Part shown: one piece after another, positions 21,495 to 31,635 of the stretch
Layout: each line of letters begins with the position of its first letter
Numbering within the stretch: the first letter of the stretch is position 1
Virus record (IMG/VR): IMGVR_UViG_3300032225_002272
Length of the DNA stretch: 64,000 nt
Source: an uncultured virus (IMG/VR IMGVR_UViG_3300032225_002272)
Lineage: Duplodnaviria > Heunggongvirae > Uroviricota > Caudoviricetes
Direction: 5' to 3' (one strand)
The notes under the pieces: model-generated
Databases searched by the model: none
Told to the model about the DNA's origin: nothing
The model's input: the letters and a program-made list of their open reading frames with translations, nothing else
Position numbers and translations under genes: made by a program

Positions 21495-22565
21495 TTATTT
21501 ACTGAATCTATTATGAGCATTTTGTGATATCACAGTCCATTTAACATTTCCAATAAAATCATTTAATGTTCTACTATTAGTATAAGACATCGCAGATTTT
21601 AAGTAATCAACAAAGTTTTCAGTCCAACCTTGTAAAGTATATTTAACAGTTCTCATTCTAACAACCCCTTCAGATGTAGTTAACTTAGCCTTACCCCATT
21701 TCTTTTGTACTTCTTTTGTACTCATACCTCTAAACTTCTTTTCTAATTTAAACTTACGTCTCCAAAGAAAACCAGCTATTTCGGGAGAAACCTTAATACC
21801 TTTCCAATAAGTATCACCGGAAGATTCTAAACATTTATTTAATATAGAGCCTAACATAACATAGTCAGCGCCTAAAGCCAAGGCTTTAATAATATCAGAA
21901 TATTCTCGGAATCCACCATCAGCAACAATCATAGCGGTTCTATCACCCATAGATTCCATTTTATCTTTTACATCAGCACATTCTTTTACAAGTTGAGCCA
22001 TTGAATAACCAACGCCAGTATTCATAGCGGTTAAACAACCACCACCAAACCCAATACCGACTCTAATAAAGTCAGCACCAGCTTCAGATAAAACTCTGAA
22101 TGTTTCAGGGTTAGCAATGTTACCAACCATGATTTTAACCTTAGTTCTTTCTCTTAATCTTTCAACTACATCAACCATATGAGACATATGACCATTAGCA
22201 ATATCAATTAAAATATTAAACTCTAAATCTTTGTTTTTATTACTATTTAACCACTCACACATTGCTGATGCTTCTTCTAAAGAGTAAGAAAAGAAAATAA
22301 CATCACTATAAGCTGATAGTAAACCCTTATCATCTTCTTTGAAAGATTCTGGTCTAATATCTCTTGGAAAACAAATAGGCATTTTATTATTCAAATATAA
22401 TTCCCAATTATCTAAACCAATAACTGTATCCATTGGGGATACAAATAAAGGTAACCAAGAAGTTTCACCTATATCTACTCGATAAGCTTTAATCTCACTT
22501 CTTGATCGAATAGTTGATATAACAGCCGGAGTTATCAGGATGTCATTAAAATCTGGATGAACCAT
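21495..22565 (-). CDS. GMP reductase / IMP dehydrogenase family protein
   Basis: DFNDILITP, SPMDTV, IDIANGH, RVGIGFGGGCLT, ADGG, KALALGAD, FRGM, SEG. Confidence 0.88.
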   Translation of the reverse strand: MVHPDFNDILITPAVISTIRSRSEIKAYRVDIGETSWLPLFVSPMDTVIGLDNWELYLNNKMPICFPRDIRPESFKEDDKGLLSAYSDVIFFSYSLEEASAMCEWLNSNKNKDLEFNILIDIANGHMSHMVDVVERLRERTKVKIMVGNIANPETFRVLSEAGADFIRVGIGFGGGCLTAMNTGVGYSMAQLVKECADVKDKMESMGDRTAMIVADGGFREYSDIIKALALGADYVMLGSILNKCLESSGDTYWKGIKVSPEIAGFLWRRKFKLEKKFRGMSTKEVQKKWGKAKLTTSEGVVRMRTVKYTLQGWTENFVDYLKSAMSYTNSRTLNDFIGNVKWTVISQNAHNRFSK

Positions 22566-22584
22566 AATAAATTTGTTTGATTTT

Positions 22585-22899
22585 TTAATAGAAGATATAT
22601 TTCTCTTCTTCTTGAATACAGTAAATAGAGATTGGATAAAGTCTGATTTCACCAGATGTTTCATCAATCATAAATCTCATAGCACCATCAATAACTTCTT
22701 CATTTGTTATCTTTGCTGTAGCACTATTTAAACCTTTGAAAATTGTGTAAGCCACATCATCTGTTGATTCATCAACTGTAATGAAATGGTTTTTTCCTAA
22801 AATCTTACCCATTTGACCTTCTTCAAAGTAGGCTTTTTGGATAATTGTTTTAAGTGCTTCTGAGTTTGAAAACTCAACTTTGATTTCGTGTTTAATCAT
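22585..22899 (-). CDS. hypothetical protein
   Basis: 104-aa ORF. Confidence 0.65.
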   Translation of the reverse strand: MIKHEIKVEFSNSEALKTIIQKAYFEEGQMGKILGKNHFITVDESTDDVAYTIFKGLNSATAKITNEEVIDGAMRFMIDETSGEIRLYPISIYCIQEEEKYIFY

Positions 22900-22987
22900 T
22901 TGTTTATTTTGTTATGTTGGACATTAGTTTACTTTTGTTTTATGGATTAGAGAGCAGAAAGTTTAATATATACTTTATAAATTTAAT

Positions 22988-23068
22988 CCGACTTAGGACC
23001 GGAATAGTTATAACCCCAACGGGTGACTATTGAGAACACCGAATTCGCTCCTCGGTGTTCTCGCTTTT
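22988..23068 (+). ncRNA. candidate small structured RNA ending in a terminator-like hairpin
   Basis: GC-rich island after TAATATATA (22964) with no ORF; AATAGTT/GACTATT, ACCC/GGGT and GAGAACACCGA/TCGGTGTTCTC helices. Confidence 0.45.
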
Positions 23069-23462
23069 AAACAAGTTCATTTAATAAGATGTTTCTTAAT
23101 TCTGACTTATCTAACTCTTCTTCTTCAAAAATAGAAACTTCAAAAATAGCAGTTACTTCACCATTTCTAAATCTTGAGCTTATTGAAACTCTATCTAAAT
23201 AAGAGTCTATCTTCCAATACTCATTTGTTTCTACTAAGAGTTTATCACGATCTCTTGATGTTTCACCTTTTTGTAATAGTAGATTGAATGAAAAAGTATC
23301 TCTATCACTTTTATCTAATTTGATATCCATTAAAATGGCTCTATATGTAGATTCAGGAAGTGTAAATTTAATTTTTACAGGTTCCATATTATACCACATA
23401 TCTTTTCTCATTAAGGATTTCCATATAACTGGATATCCTTTTCCATTATAATACAATTTCAT
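23067..23462 (-). CDS. hypothetical protein
   Basis: Likely start MKLYYNG 5 nt below TATATTTG; ends LRNILLNELV. Confidence 0.65.
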   Translation of the reverse strand: MKLYYNGKGYPVIWKSLMRKDMWYNMEPVKIKFTLPESTYRAILMDIKLDKSDRDTFSFNLLLQKGETSRDRDKLLVETNEYWKIDSYLDRVSISSRFRNGEVTAIFEVSIFEEEELDKSELRNILLNELV

Positions 23463-23517
23463 AACAACAAATATACAAATGAAAATTAATATATACACAA
23501 AATAGAAAACATTTTTT

Positions 23518-24501
23518 ATGATCCAAAACTGGCATCAATTCAACGAGTCATATGAAGATTCAAAAGACCAAAGAGATTTAGAAGCAATACTTAATTATAT
23601 TGCTAAAAATATTCCATCAAGTGAAATTTCAAATCTTAAAAAAGATTTAACTCCACTTTTAACTACAGAGTCATTAAATGAAGGTTTCTTTAGTGATATT
23701 AAAGATAGACTTATCAAATGGTTCGATGAAAAAATAATGAACTATATTGTTAATAAGAAAAAAAGATTCTATACTGAACTGATTGGTAAATTAGACCTTT
23801 TTGACTTAACTACTTTAGATGATATCAAAAAGAACTTTAGAGCATTTGAATTGAATTCTATATACCTTGCCGGTGGTATGGATAAAGCAAAAGATGTTGG
23901 AGCTGGTTGGAGAGCACAAGTTGAATATGAATTTGAAGTAAATAATCCAGGAACTCCTTATGAAGAAATGGAAAAGATTACTATTCCTTATCACGGTGAA
24001 AATGTTGTTTTAAAACCCGCTTATGTAGTAGATGGTGAACATTTAGCTCAATTTGTTGATAGTGGTAATAATTACACACTTAAATATTATGATAGACCAG
24101 CTATCTTAAATCCAGTTAGAAAAGAAATGGACAGAACTAAGAATCCTAACTTTGGTAAAGAAATGGGTAAGTTCAAATCTGGTGAATATGAAGATACTAA
24201 AGATCCAAGAACATTTGATGAGATATCAAGAATCTTTTCTCAAACAATTGAACCAGAAGATGAGTTAATTGTAAATAAATGTGATGCGGTATTTGTAGGC
24301 TTCAATGAAGTAACAAGTGGTGGTACATTTGGTGAATTACAACAAACATCATTCTTAAATAAGCCAATGTTTGCTTGGTATATTGATGGTTGGAAAATCT
24401 CTGGTCACTCACCTTGGAATCTTCCTCACGTTTCTAAAATTATGAGAACTGAAGAAGATATGAAGACTTTTGTAAAAACAATGGTAAATTTTGAAAAGTA
24501 A
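23518..24501 (+). CDS. nucleoside 2-deoxyribosyltransferase-like protein with tag
   Basis: IYLAGGM..W, ILNP, D..IVNKCDAVFV, SGGTFGEL..NKP; MIQNWHQFNES. Confidence 0.65.
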   Translation: MIQNWHQFNESYEDSKDQRDLEAILNYIAKNIPSSEISNLKKDLTPLLTTESLNEGFFSDIKDRLIKWFDEKIMNYIVNKKKRFYTELIGKLDLFDLTTLDDIKKNFRAFELNSIYLAGGMDKAKDVGAGWRAQVEYEFEVNNPGTPYEEMEKITIPYHGENVVLKPAYVVDGEHLAQFVDSGNNYTLKYYDRPAILNPVRKEMDRTKNPNFGKEMGKFKSGEYEDTKDPRTFDEISRIFSQTIEPEDELIVNKCDAVFVGFNEVTSGGTFGELQQTSFLNKPMFAWYIDGWKISGHSPWNLPHVSKIMRTEEDMKTFVKTMVNFEK

Positions 24502-24502
24502 T

Positions 24503-25264
24503 ATGAAAAAGATAAAGAACTACATACAATTTATAAAAGAGAACACTATGTTCCAGTATAACGATATGATTGATTATACTTTATTAGAAGAGTCTGCTAC
24601 AGACCAAGATATTATTGAGCTTTGTGAAAAAGCTGATATGTTAGGTGTTAAATCTGTATGTGTTCTTCCAAAACATGTTGCTTTAGCAGCAAAACAATTA
24701 GAAAATTCAAAAGTTTTAGTTTGTACAGTTATTTCTTTTCCAGAAGGTACAAATACAATAAAACAAAAAATATCAGAAACTAATCAAGTTATTTCAAATG
24801 GTGCTGATGAAGTTGATATGGTTTTAAACTATCACGAACTTCAAGGTAAAGACCATTTATATGAAGTAGATTATTTAGTAGAAGAGGTTTCTTCATTAGT
24901 TGATATTTGTCATTCAAGTAAAAATAAAAATGGAGAATCTATTATTTTAAAAGTTATTGTTGAATCTGGTGTTCTAACAGAAGGCGAAACTAAAATAGCA
25001 ACTGATATTTGTTTAGAAGCTGAAGCTGACTTTATTAAAACATCAACAGGTAAAGTATCTGTAGGTGCTGAACTTAATAAGATAAAAGTTATGTATGATA
25101 CTATTAAGAATGTTAATTCTGATATGAGAATTAAAGCTTCTGGTGGTGTTAGAACAGCTGAACAGATTAACTCTATGTTAGGTATGGTTGATAGATTTGG
25201 AATGGGTTATGCGGCTGTAGACAAGTTAAATAATTTAACAGTAGATAATACTTCTTCTTATTAA
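24503..25264 (+). CDS. deoC: deoxyribose-phosphate aldolase with N-terminal tag
   Basis: IDYTLL, CTVISFPEG, GADEVDMV, LKVIVE, FIKTSTG, IKASGGVR. Confidence 0.93.
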   Translation: MKKIKNYIQFIKENTMFQYNDMIDYTLLEESATDQDIIELCEKADMLGVKSVCVLPKHVALAAKQLENSKVLVCTVISFPEGTNTIKQKISETNQVISNGADEVDMVLNYHELQGKDHLYEVDYLVEEVSSLVDICHSSKNKNGESIILKVIVESGVLTEGETKIATDICLEAEADFIKTSTGKVSVGAELNKIKVMYDTIKNVNSDMRIKASGGVRTAEQINSMLGMVDRFGMGYAAVDKLNNLTVDNTSSY

Positions 25265-25383
25265 TATTTTTTATTTTCAATATAAAACATCAATATAATT
25301 GATGTTTTTTTATTTTTTAAACAAAGAGTAACTAAACATTATTAATAAATACTCATATAAAAAAAACAAACTAATTTAAAAAC

Positions 25384-26340
25384 ATGGAACATATATTACA
25401 AGAAAACAAAGATCGTTTTGTAATGTTTCCCTTAAAATATCACGATATTTGGGAAATGTATAAAACTCAACAACATTCATTCTGGACAGCTGAAGAAATT
25501 GACTTAGCTCAAGATTTAACCGATTGGAATGAAAAATTAAATGATAATGAACAACATTTTATTAAAATGGTTCTAGCTTTCTTTGCGGCATCTGATGGTA
25601 TCGTAAACGAAAACTTAGCTGAGAACTTTTTGAAAGAAGTTCAATATCCAGAAGCAAAATCATTTTATGGTTTTCAAATCGCTATGGAGAATATTCACTC
25701 TGAAACATATTCTTTATTGATTGATACTTATATTAAGGATTCAGCTGAGAAAGATAGATTGTTTCACGCAATTGATAACTTCCCTTCTATCAAAGAAAAA
25801 GCTGATTGGGCTTTGAAATGGATTGAATCTGATTCACTTGATGAAAGATTAATTGCTTTTGCAGCAGTTGAAGGTATCTTCTTCTCAGGATCATTCTGTT
25901 CTATCTTCTGGTTGAAGAAAAGAGGGTTAATGCCAGGATTATCATTCTCTAATGAGTTAATTTCTAGAGATGAGGCTTTACATTGTCAATTTGCTTGTTT
26001 GTTACATAACAGATATATTAAAGATAAAGTATCAGAAGAAAAAATCAAAGAAATTATCTGCTCAGCAGTTGACATTGAAAAAAAATTCATTACCGAATCT
26101 TTACCAGTTTCTTTAATTGGAATGAACTCTAAATTAATGGAGCAATACATTCAATTCACAGCAGACTTCTGGTTACAAGCTTTAGGATGTAAAAAAGTTT
26201 ATAATGTTGAAAATCCGTTTGACTTTATGGATATGATTTCCTTACAAGGTAAAACTAATTTCTTTGAGAAGAGAGTTGCTGAGTATCAAAAAGTTTCTGA
26301 CAAAGCTATTGACTTTGATAAATTAGATGACGATTTTTAA
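25384..26340 (+). CDS. nrdB: ribonucleotide reductase class Ia beta subunit
   Basis: [47 protein letters not shown]. Confidence 0.97.
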   Translation: MEHILQENKDRFVMFPLKYHDIWEMYKTQQHSFWTAEEIDLAQDLTDWNEKLNDNEQHFIKMVLAFFAASDGIVNENLAENFLKEVQYPEAKSFYGFQIAMENIHSETYSLLIDTYIKDSAEKDRLFHAIDNFPSIKEKADWALKWIESDSLDERLIAFAAVEGIFFSGSFCSIFWLKKRGLMPGLSFSNELISRDEALHCQFACLLHNRYIKDKVSEEKIKEIICSAVDIEKKFITESLPVSLIGMNSKLMEQYIQFTADFWLQALGCKKVYNVENPFDFMDMISLQGKTNFFEKRVAEYQKVSDKAIDFDKLDDDF

Positions 26341-26341
26341 T

Positions 26342-26554
26342 ATGGAACAGAAACCTAAAATTTGGAAAATGATGTTAATATCTTGGTTATTTGTTTATCC
26401 AGTTATTAATATTATGTTTGCTCTGGTATTTCCTTTAGTATCGGATTTACCACAACTATTAAAGACTTTAGTCTTTACAATTATACTAGTTCCATTAATG
26501 GGAATATTTATTCCCAAACTTCATAAGAGGTTTTGGAATTGGATTACAAAATAA
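26342..26554 (+). CDS. small membrane protein
   Basis: Two hydrophobic helices; WLFVYP motif. Confidence 0.65.
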   Translation: MEQKPKIWKMMLISWLFVYPVINIMFALVFPLVSDLPQLLKTLVFTIILVPLMGIFIPKLHKRFWNWITK

Positions 26555-26563
26555 TTTATATTA

Positions 26564-27679
26564 GTGAGTCCTAGATTTTCAATAGTAACATCCTTTTTTG
26601 GAGATGATCCTTCCTATGTTTACAGGTTATATGAGTGTGCTAAATCTCAAAATGTAGACTGGGAATGGATCGTTACCGATGATTTTTCTGATAATCCTGA
26701 AACTGATAAAGCTCTTATAGAAATATCTAAAAAAGATAAAAGAGTTAGAAGAATAATACAAACACATAAAAGACAATTTTATCAAAATCCATCTTTATAT
26801 GCTAGAGGTGAGTTTGTATTTCATATAGATGGTGATGATTTATATCATCCTTCTTATTTAGAAAATTGTCAAATTTGGTTTGATAGACTACCAGATGTTT
26901 CTATTATTTTATCTGGCTCAAAATGGATGAAAAAAAGTGGACATCTTGAAAGATATTACTTACACAATCCATTTATTAATAACGTAATCCGTGATACTGA
27001 TGGTAATTACATAATAAATATTAATTTTTTGGGAAGAATTTGGAGAAATAAATTCAAAATTGATTGGGATAATATATTTGAAGATTCAACTGAGATGATT
27101 AGAATGAATGATAAATATATTGTAAACTACTTAAGCACTAAAGGAGATATTCTTTGTTTACCAAGATGCTATGTTCAATATGAAACTCATAAAATATCAA
27201 ATAGCTCAAGAGAAAGAACTGAGGATGAAAAAGTTTTAATAAAAAAAGTAGATAGAGAGTTCAATAATTGGTTTAACCATAATAGACCCGAATATACATT
27301 TTCTACTCACTTCTGTAATGGAGAAAATACTGATTTCGAAATAGATTGTTATCCATTTTTAACCCTTCCTTGGACTAAAGATAAATTAAAAATTGGTGTT
27401 CTAGGATTTCCAGAACAAAAATTCAAAAGAAAACAACTTACACAACTTTTTTCCGATATTGATATCAGATTCGATCCAAATGAACTAGAGTTAACTAATA
27501 TAAATACTTTTGTTATAAATTCTTTAGGTGATAAAATTTTTGATATACCTAATGGTAGATTATTTATTTTAACAAATAATGAAGAAACTAGAAACTTTTA
27601 TTTTGATTTATTAAGAAAAAAAGGAAAACAGGTTTCTTGGTTTTTATATGACAACTTTTGCTGGATGACAACTAATTAA
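26564..27679 (+). CDS. glycosyltransferase family 2
   Basis: FSIVTSFF, WEWIVTDDFS, HIDGDD. Confidence 0.8.
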   Translation: MSPRFSIVTSFFGDDPSYVYRLYECAKSQNVDWEWIVTDDFSDNPETDKALIEISKKDKRVRRIIQTHKRQFYQNPSLYARGEFVFHIDGDDLYHPSYLENCQIWFDRLPDVSIILSGSKWMKKSGHLERYYLHNPFINNVIRDTDGNYIININFLGRIWRNKFKIDWDNIFEDSTEMIRMNDKYIVNYLSTKGDILCLPRCYVQYETHKISNSSRERTEDEKVLIKKVDREFNNWFNHNRPEYTFSTHFCNGENTDFEIDCYPFLTLPWTKDKLKIGVLGFPEQKFKRKQLTQLFSDIDIRFDPNELELTNINTFVINSLGDKIFDIPNGRLFILTNNEETRNFYFDLLRKKGKQVSWFLYDNFCWMTTN

Positions 27680-27681
27680 TT

Positions 27682-28683
27682 ATGATTACTATACTATCTT
27701 ACTGTGATACTCAACAAAAGAAAGACCAACTTTTAAATCTTATAACAGGTCTTAAAAGTAAATTTCCTGAAAAAGAAATATTGGTTTATTCACACTATCA
27801 AAATCTAGAACCTAAGTATTATAAAGGATCTAATTATTACATATTTGATTTTACCAATCCAATATCATCTAAATCATTTTCTGACTGGATTTATGTATAT
27901 CATCAATCTAAAAAGTTTTATAGAAGTGGATTAGATTTTGGATTCGCGGTTATTCAAATGATTAAAAGATCTTGTTTATTCTTATTATCAATGGATATAA
28001 AAGAAACAATAATATTAAACTATGATTGTTCTGTTGATGACTTAGACAATATTAATCTAATAAAAGTAAATGATGATAGTATTGGTGCTTTTTCTTTTTG
28101 GGGACCTAATAATGAAAATAATCCAAGTCCTCCAATAAATTTAACATTTATGTATCTAAAGATATTAGATATGGGCAAGGAATTTTTTGAATCGATGACA
28201 TATGAAAAATATATGTCATATGATACAAGTATAATACCAGAAGCTATATTTGGTAAAATTTTAAATGAGAAGTTCAAAGATAGATGGTCTTTAATTAGAA
28301 ATAAAATATCACCAACTATAAGCGGCGCTAGTAGACAAATACCAAATGACCACTATCTGAATAAATACTTTAGTACGATATTACCAACAAGAAATAACTT
28401 CTTAGGTAATAAACATAAGTGTTTAGCAATTTGGACTTGTAAAGATAGAATTAATCAAATTGATATTGATATAAATGAAAATAAATATACTTTATATAAT
28501 GAAATAGAAGGTGATTATTCAAATATGTCTTTCTTTTCACATTTACCAGGAGGTATTACTATTGAAGAAATAACATTATTATCTATTAACTCCGTGGAGA
28601 TAGAACCTTATACTATAGGTGGATTGAGTGAACATTATTGGAAATCAAACCATCACGAACCATGTTTCGATAAAGTAGTTTAA
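27682..28683 (+). CDS. hypothetical protein, possibly glycan-related
   Basis: 333-aa ORF coupled to the GT2 gene. Confidence 0.65.
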   Translation: MITILSYCDTQQKKDQLLNLITGLKSKFPEKEILVYSHYQNLEPKYYKGSNYYIFDFTNPISSKSFSDWIYVYHQSKKFYRSGLDFGFAVIQMIKRSCLFLLSMDIKETIILNYDCSVDDLDNINLIKVNDDSIGAFSFWGPNNENNPSPPINLTFMYLKILDMGKEFFESMTYEKYMSYDTSIIPEAIFGKILNEKFKDRWSLIRNKISPTISGASRQIPNDHYLNKYFSTILPTRNNFLGNKHKCLAIWTCKDRINQIDIDINENKYTLYNEIEGDYSNMSFFSHLPGGITIEEITLLSINSVEIEPYTIGGLSEHYWKSNHHEPCFDKVV

Positions 28684-28727
28684 GAAATCAATTTAAAAGA
28701 TTGATTTTTCTTTTTAATATATACTTT

Positions 28728-29246
28728 ATGAAAATTATTAGAGCTAGACTTAAACCGTATGGTGGTGTAACAGAATTTATATCTATAGCAGGTAGAATCA
28801 AAGGACTTATTGATAAAAACAAAGGTGATGAATTTCATTTTGTTATCGATAGTGATGGTGTTAAAACTGTTAAAGAGTTTGGACCTGAAAATATTAATCC
28901 AGAATTAGTTGGTCAATCTATTAACATATGTGATAGTCCTTGGTTAGCTCAATTTAATGAAGATGGTACAATAGATGTTGTAATTGAAACAAATGAATCT
29001 CTACCTCACCAACAAACGGTCGATCAACTTAAAAAAGTTATGAAAATATCAGCTAAAACTGATATTGGTAATAGAATCTCTGATATGAATAAACAAGGTG
29101 CTAATATTCAATATATTGAAAATCCTATTGATTCCGGCATTGAATCATATGAAGATTATGAAAAGCATAATAAAAAATTTGTACCTTCTTGGAACTTAAA
29201 ACACTTAATGTCTCCATTTTCAGGTGAATCAAAAAAGAAGAAATAA
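28728..29246 (+). CDS. hypothetical protein
   Basis: Start MKIIR just below TAATATATA (28715). Confidence 0.7.
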   Translation: MKIIRARLKPYGGVTEFISIAGRIKGLIDKNKGDEFHFVIDSDGVKTVKEFGPENINPELVGQSINICDSPWLAQFNEDGTIDVVIETNESLPHQQTVDQLKKVMKISAKTDIGNRISDMNKQGANIQYIENPIDSGIESYEDYEKHNKKFVPSWNLKHLMSPFSGESKKKK

Positions 29247-29248
29247 TT

Positions 29249-29839
29249 ATGAAATACTTAAATAAATTTAACGAAAATATACTATTAGCCGCTCTTATTG
29301 GAAATAAACCAATTGATAAAAAGAAAGAAGTAAATGTATTGGGTGTGTCTAATAAACCATATGATTCAAAAGAAAATACTGATGAAAAACCTGAAATTAA
29401 AGATAAAGAAGAATTATCAATTGACCAAGAAATGGAACAACCTCAAGGTGAACCTGAAATGGAACAACCTCAAGGTGAACCTGAAATGGAACAACCTCAA
29501 GGTGAACCTGAAATGGAACAACCTCAAGGTGAAAATGAATCATATAGTATGAAATACTTAAAAACATTTGAAGCATACGGTAAAATTGATTCTGATATTC
29601 ATGAAGATATCGCAGTAAGTATATTACCTGAAATGCAAAAATTAAAATCTGAAAAAGGTTACTATACAGTAGAAGATTTTGAAGCTTATATGAAAGAAAG
29701 AGGAGCTGATGATATTATGATAAATTCAGTAATGAATTACTTAGTTAGTATGGATTTTGACTTTGACACAGAACCGGAAGAGGAATTACCAGAAGGTTGG
29801 GAGGATGAAATTAAATTAGTTTATAAAGACGAAGAATAA
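29249..29839 (+). CDS. acidic protein with N-terminal and internal capsid-targeting-like tags
   Basis: MKYLNKFNEN at the start; MKYLKTFEAY at 29549. Confidence 0.7.
   Translation: MKYLNKFNENILLAALIGNKPIDKKKEVNVLGVSNKPYDSKENTDEKPEIKDKEELSIDQEMEQPQGEPEMEQPQGEPEMEQPQGEPEMEQPQGENESYSMKYLKTFEAYGKIDSDIHEDIAVSILPEMQKLKSEKGYYTVEDFEAYMKERGADDIMINSVMNYLVSMDFDFDTEPEEELPEGWEDEIKLVYKDEE
29429..29533 (+). repeat. 27-bp coding tandem repeat, about 3.9 copies (EMEQPQGEP)
   Basis: GAAATGGAACAACCTCAAGGTGAACCT in perfect tandem copies. Confidence 0.95.
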
Positions 29840-29868
29840 AAAAAACCCACTCAAATGAGTGGGTTTTT
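29838..29868. terminator. bidirectional intrinsic terminator
   Basis: AAAAACCCACTCA-AA-TGAGTGGGTTTTT. Confidence 0.85.
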
Positions 29869-29960
29869 CTTTAGTTAATTTCTTTAATTCTTTTCCTAAT
29901 TACATATTCAGATACTTTGAAAATATCAGCCAGTTCTTTAGCTTTTAGTCCACTAAACTA

Positions 29961-31049
29961 CTAAGATAACTCCTCACCTGATTCTTTGTATGCCGGGTTG
30001 ATGATTTTCAACCTAAGTTTAGTACCATCTTTAGCATCACGGTCAATGTAAGGACGAAGTACAACACCTTCACGGATATGTAACTCTTTACCAGACACTA
30101 ACTCTTTTCCCTTACAAAGTTCTACGACATCTTTTGGAAGGATGAAGTCAACTCTTGTCTTACGGATTCCTCTTGATTCATCTTCGTAAAGAACTACTTC
30201 TTTAGATTCTAAATTAAGAGTACCATCGTAAATGATTGGTACCCACAACGCTCTCAATTCATCAGGCACCATATCGTAAGGAATAGATTTACCATTTACC
30301 CTAACATCAAACAACCTTGCGGTTGGATTTGTTTGTCCGTAGTTATATCCTTTTTGAACAGGAATAACCTCACCGAACACTTGGACAACACCTTCTGTAA
30401 AACTATTTCTAATCTTACCAACGATGTTATCATTTTTAGATGCCATCCAGTATGTGTTTCCTTCTTCATCTTGTAGAGACAATCCAGCTTTTAACATACC
30501 TTTAGAACTTACAATCGTTTTCTCAGTTTCAATCTCATGTGCTAAGATGAATTGAGATCCGTGTACTTTCTCGGTGATAACAACTCTTTCACCTGGTACT
30601 AAATCATTGACATAAACATTCGCATGTTCACAGTCGTGATTTCCAATGTGTGGCATTTCAAATCGTGTCACACTTCCAGCCAAGTGAACTGGAATTGGTG
30701 GTTCGTATTTAGTGATGCCCAAGTCTTCAGAAATATCTACACCAACCGTGTAGCTTTCAAAGTTTGGAACTAAATGTTTAGGAATGATAATCCCAGAAGA
30801 GATTTCATTTCTAAGACGAACTGCCTTCACCCTGTCTTTTTCGGGACCAGAAAGGTATTTTTCATACTCTGCTTTAAGCTGTCCGGTTAGAACAGATTTT
30901 TCAGGTGCGAAGATTACCTCGTCTCCGGTCACATAAAGACCTTTTTGAACTACTACTTGGTATGAACCAATTTTTGCTAGCTCAAGAGCATCTGCGTTTG
31001 GGTGAACGAAGAGCTCGATTTTTTCTTTAGATACTTTAAAATTACTCAT
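29961..31049 (-). CDS. RNA ligase, DRB0094/Rnl5 family
   Basis: HPNADALELA, VRLRNEISSG, ITKYEPP, ITEKVHGS, FGEV, REGVV, LKIINPAY. Confidence 0.88.
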   Translation of the reverse strand: MSNFKVSKEKIELFVHPNADALELAKIGSYQVVVQKGLYVTGDEVIFAPEKSVLTGQLKAEYEKYLSGPEKDRVKAVRLRNEISSGIIIPKHLVPNFESYTVGVDISEDLGITKYEPPIPVHLAGSVTRFEMPHIGNHDCEHANVYVNDLVPGERVVITEKVHGSQFILAHEIETEKTIVSSKGMLKAGLSLQDEEGNTYWMASKNDNIVGKIRNSFTEGVVQVFGEVIPVQKGYNYGQTNPTARLFDVRVNGKSIPYDMVPDELRALWVPIIYDGTLNLESKEVVLYEDESRGIRKTRVDFILPKDVVELCKGKELVSGKELHIREGVVLRPYIDRDAKDGTKLRLKIINPAYKESGEELS

Positions 31050-31077
31050 AATTATTTATTTAATTTGTTTAACAATC

Positions 31078-31105
31078 TGGGTTCGAGTCCGTCCTTGTAC
31101 CACCA
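31078..31105 (+). other. tRNA 3'-end-like fragment
   Basis: GGTTCGAGTCC..CACCA with no 5' half. Confidence 0.35.
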
Positions 31106-31185
31106 ATTAAATTCTATCTAAGAAGAAATTAACAATACAAAGATATCAATTAATTTTGATTGTACCAAATAATATATATAGATAT

Positions 31186-31635
31186 ATGAAATATCTTAAA
31201 AGTTTTAATGAATCAATAGAAAATCAAATCTATCAACAAGTTCTTGATAGCATCAAAGATTGTTTTCAAGAGTTTGAAGATAATGGTTGGCATTGGATAA
31301 TCGATCCATCTTCTGTTTATGGTGCAGAACAACCAGGTATATCTGTTTGGCATAGTCCACAGTTCAATTGTAGAATGATGCACAAAGAAGAATCTGATCC
31401 AAGAAACTGGACTCTAAATAAAAATCCTTACGAAAAAAACATTGATATTACTGGTGAAATTAAATCAGATGGTTCTATTAATTGGGAAATGAATGAAGAC
31501 GAAACAGATAGTGAAGATGGTAAAGATTTCTTAGTTGCTGTAAAAAGATTACATGATGAAACTGGACTTGATTTCAGATTTTCATATAATAATAGAGGTG
31601 GTGAAAGAAGAATAATAATACAAGGTAGAATATGA
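31186..31635 (+). CDS. hypothetical protein with capsid-targeting-like tag
   Basis: MKYLKSFNES; TAATATATA at 31170. Confidence 0.75.
   Translation: MKYLKSFNESIENQIYQQVLDSIKDCFQEFEDNGWHWIIDPSSVYGAEQPGISVWHSPQFNCRMMHKEESDPRNWTLNKNPYEKNIDITGEIKSDGSINWEMNEDETDSEDGKDFLVAVKRLHDETGLDFRFSYNNRGGERRIIIQGRI

Noticed and set aside
25284..25312. Hairpin upstream of nrdB as another attenuator
   Set aside because: No leader ORF or antiterminator; it directly follows the deoC stop and looks like a plain terminator.
29429..29533. 27-bp repeats as a CRISPR array
   Set aside because: Head-to-tail copies with no spacers, in frame within a CDS; no cas genes in the window.
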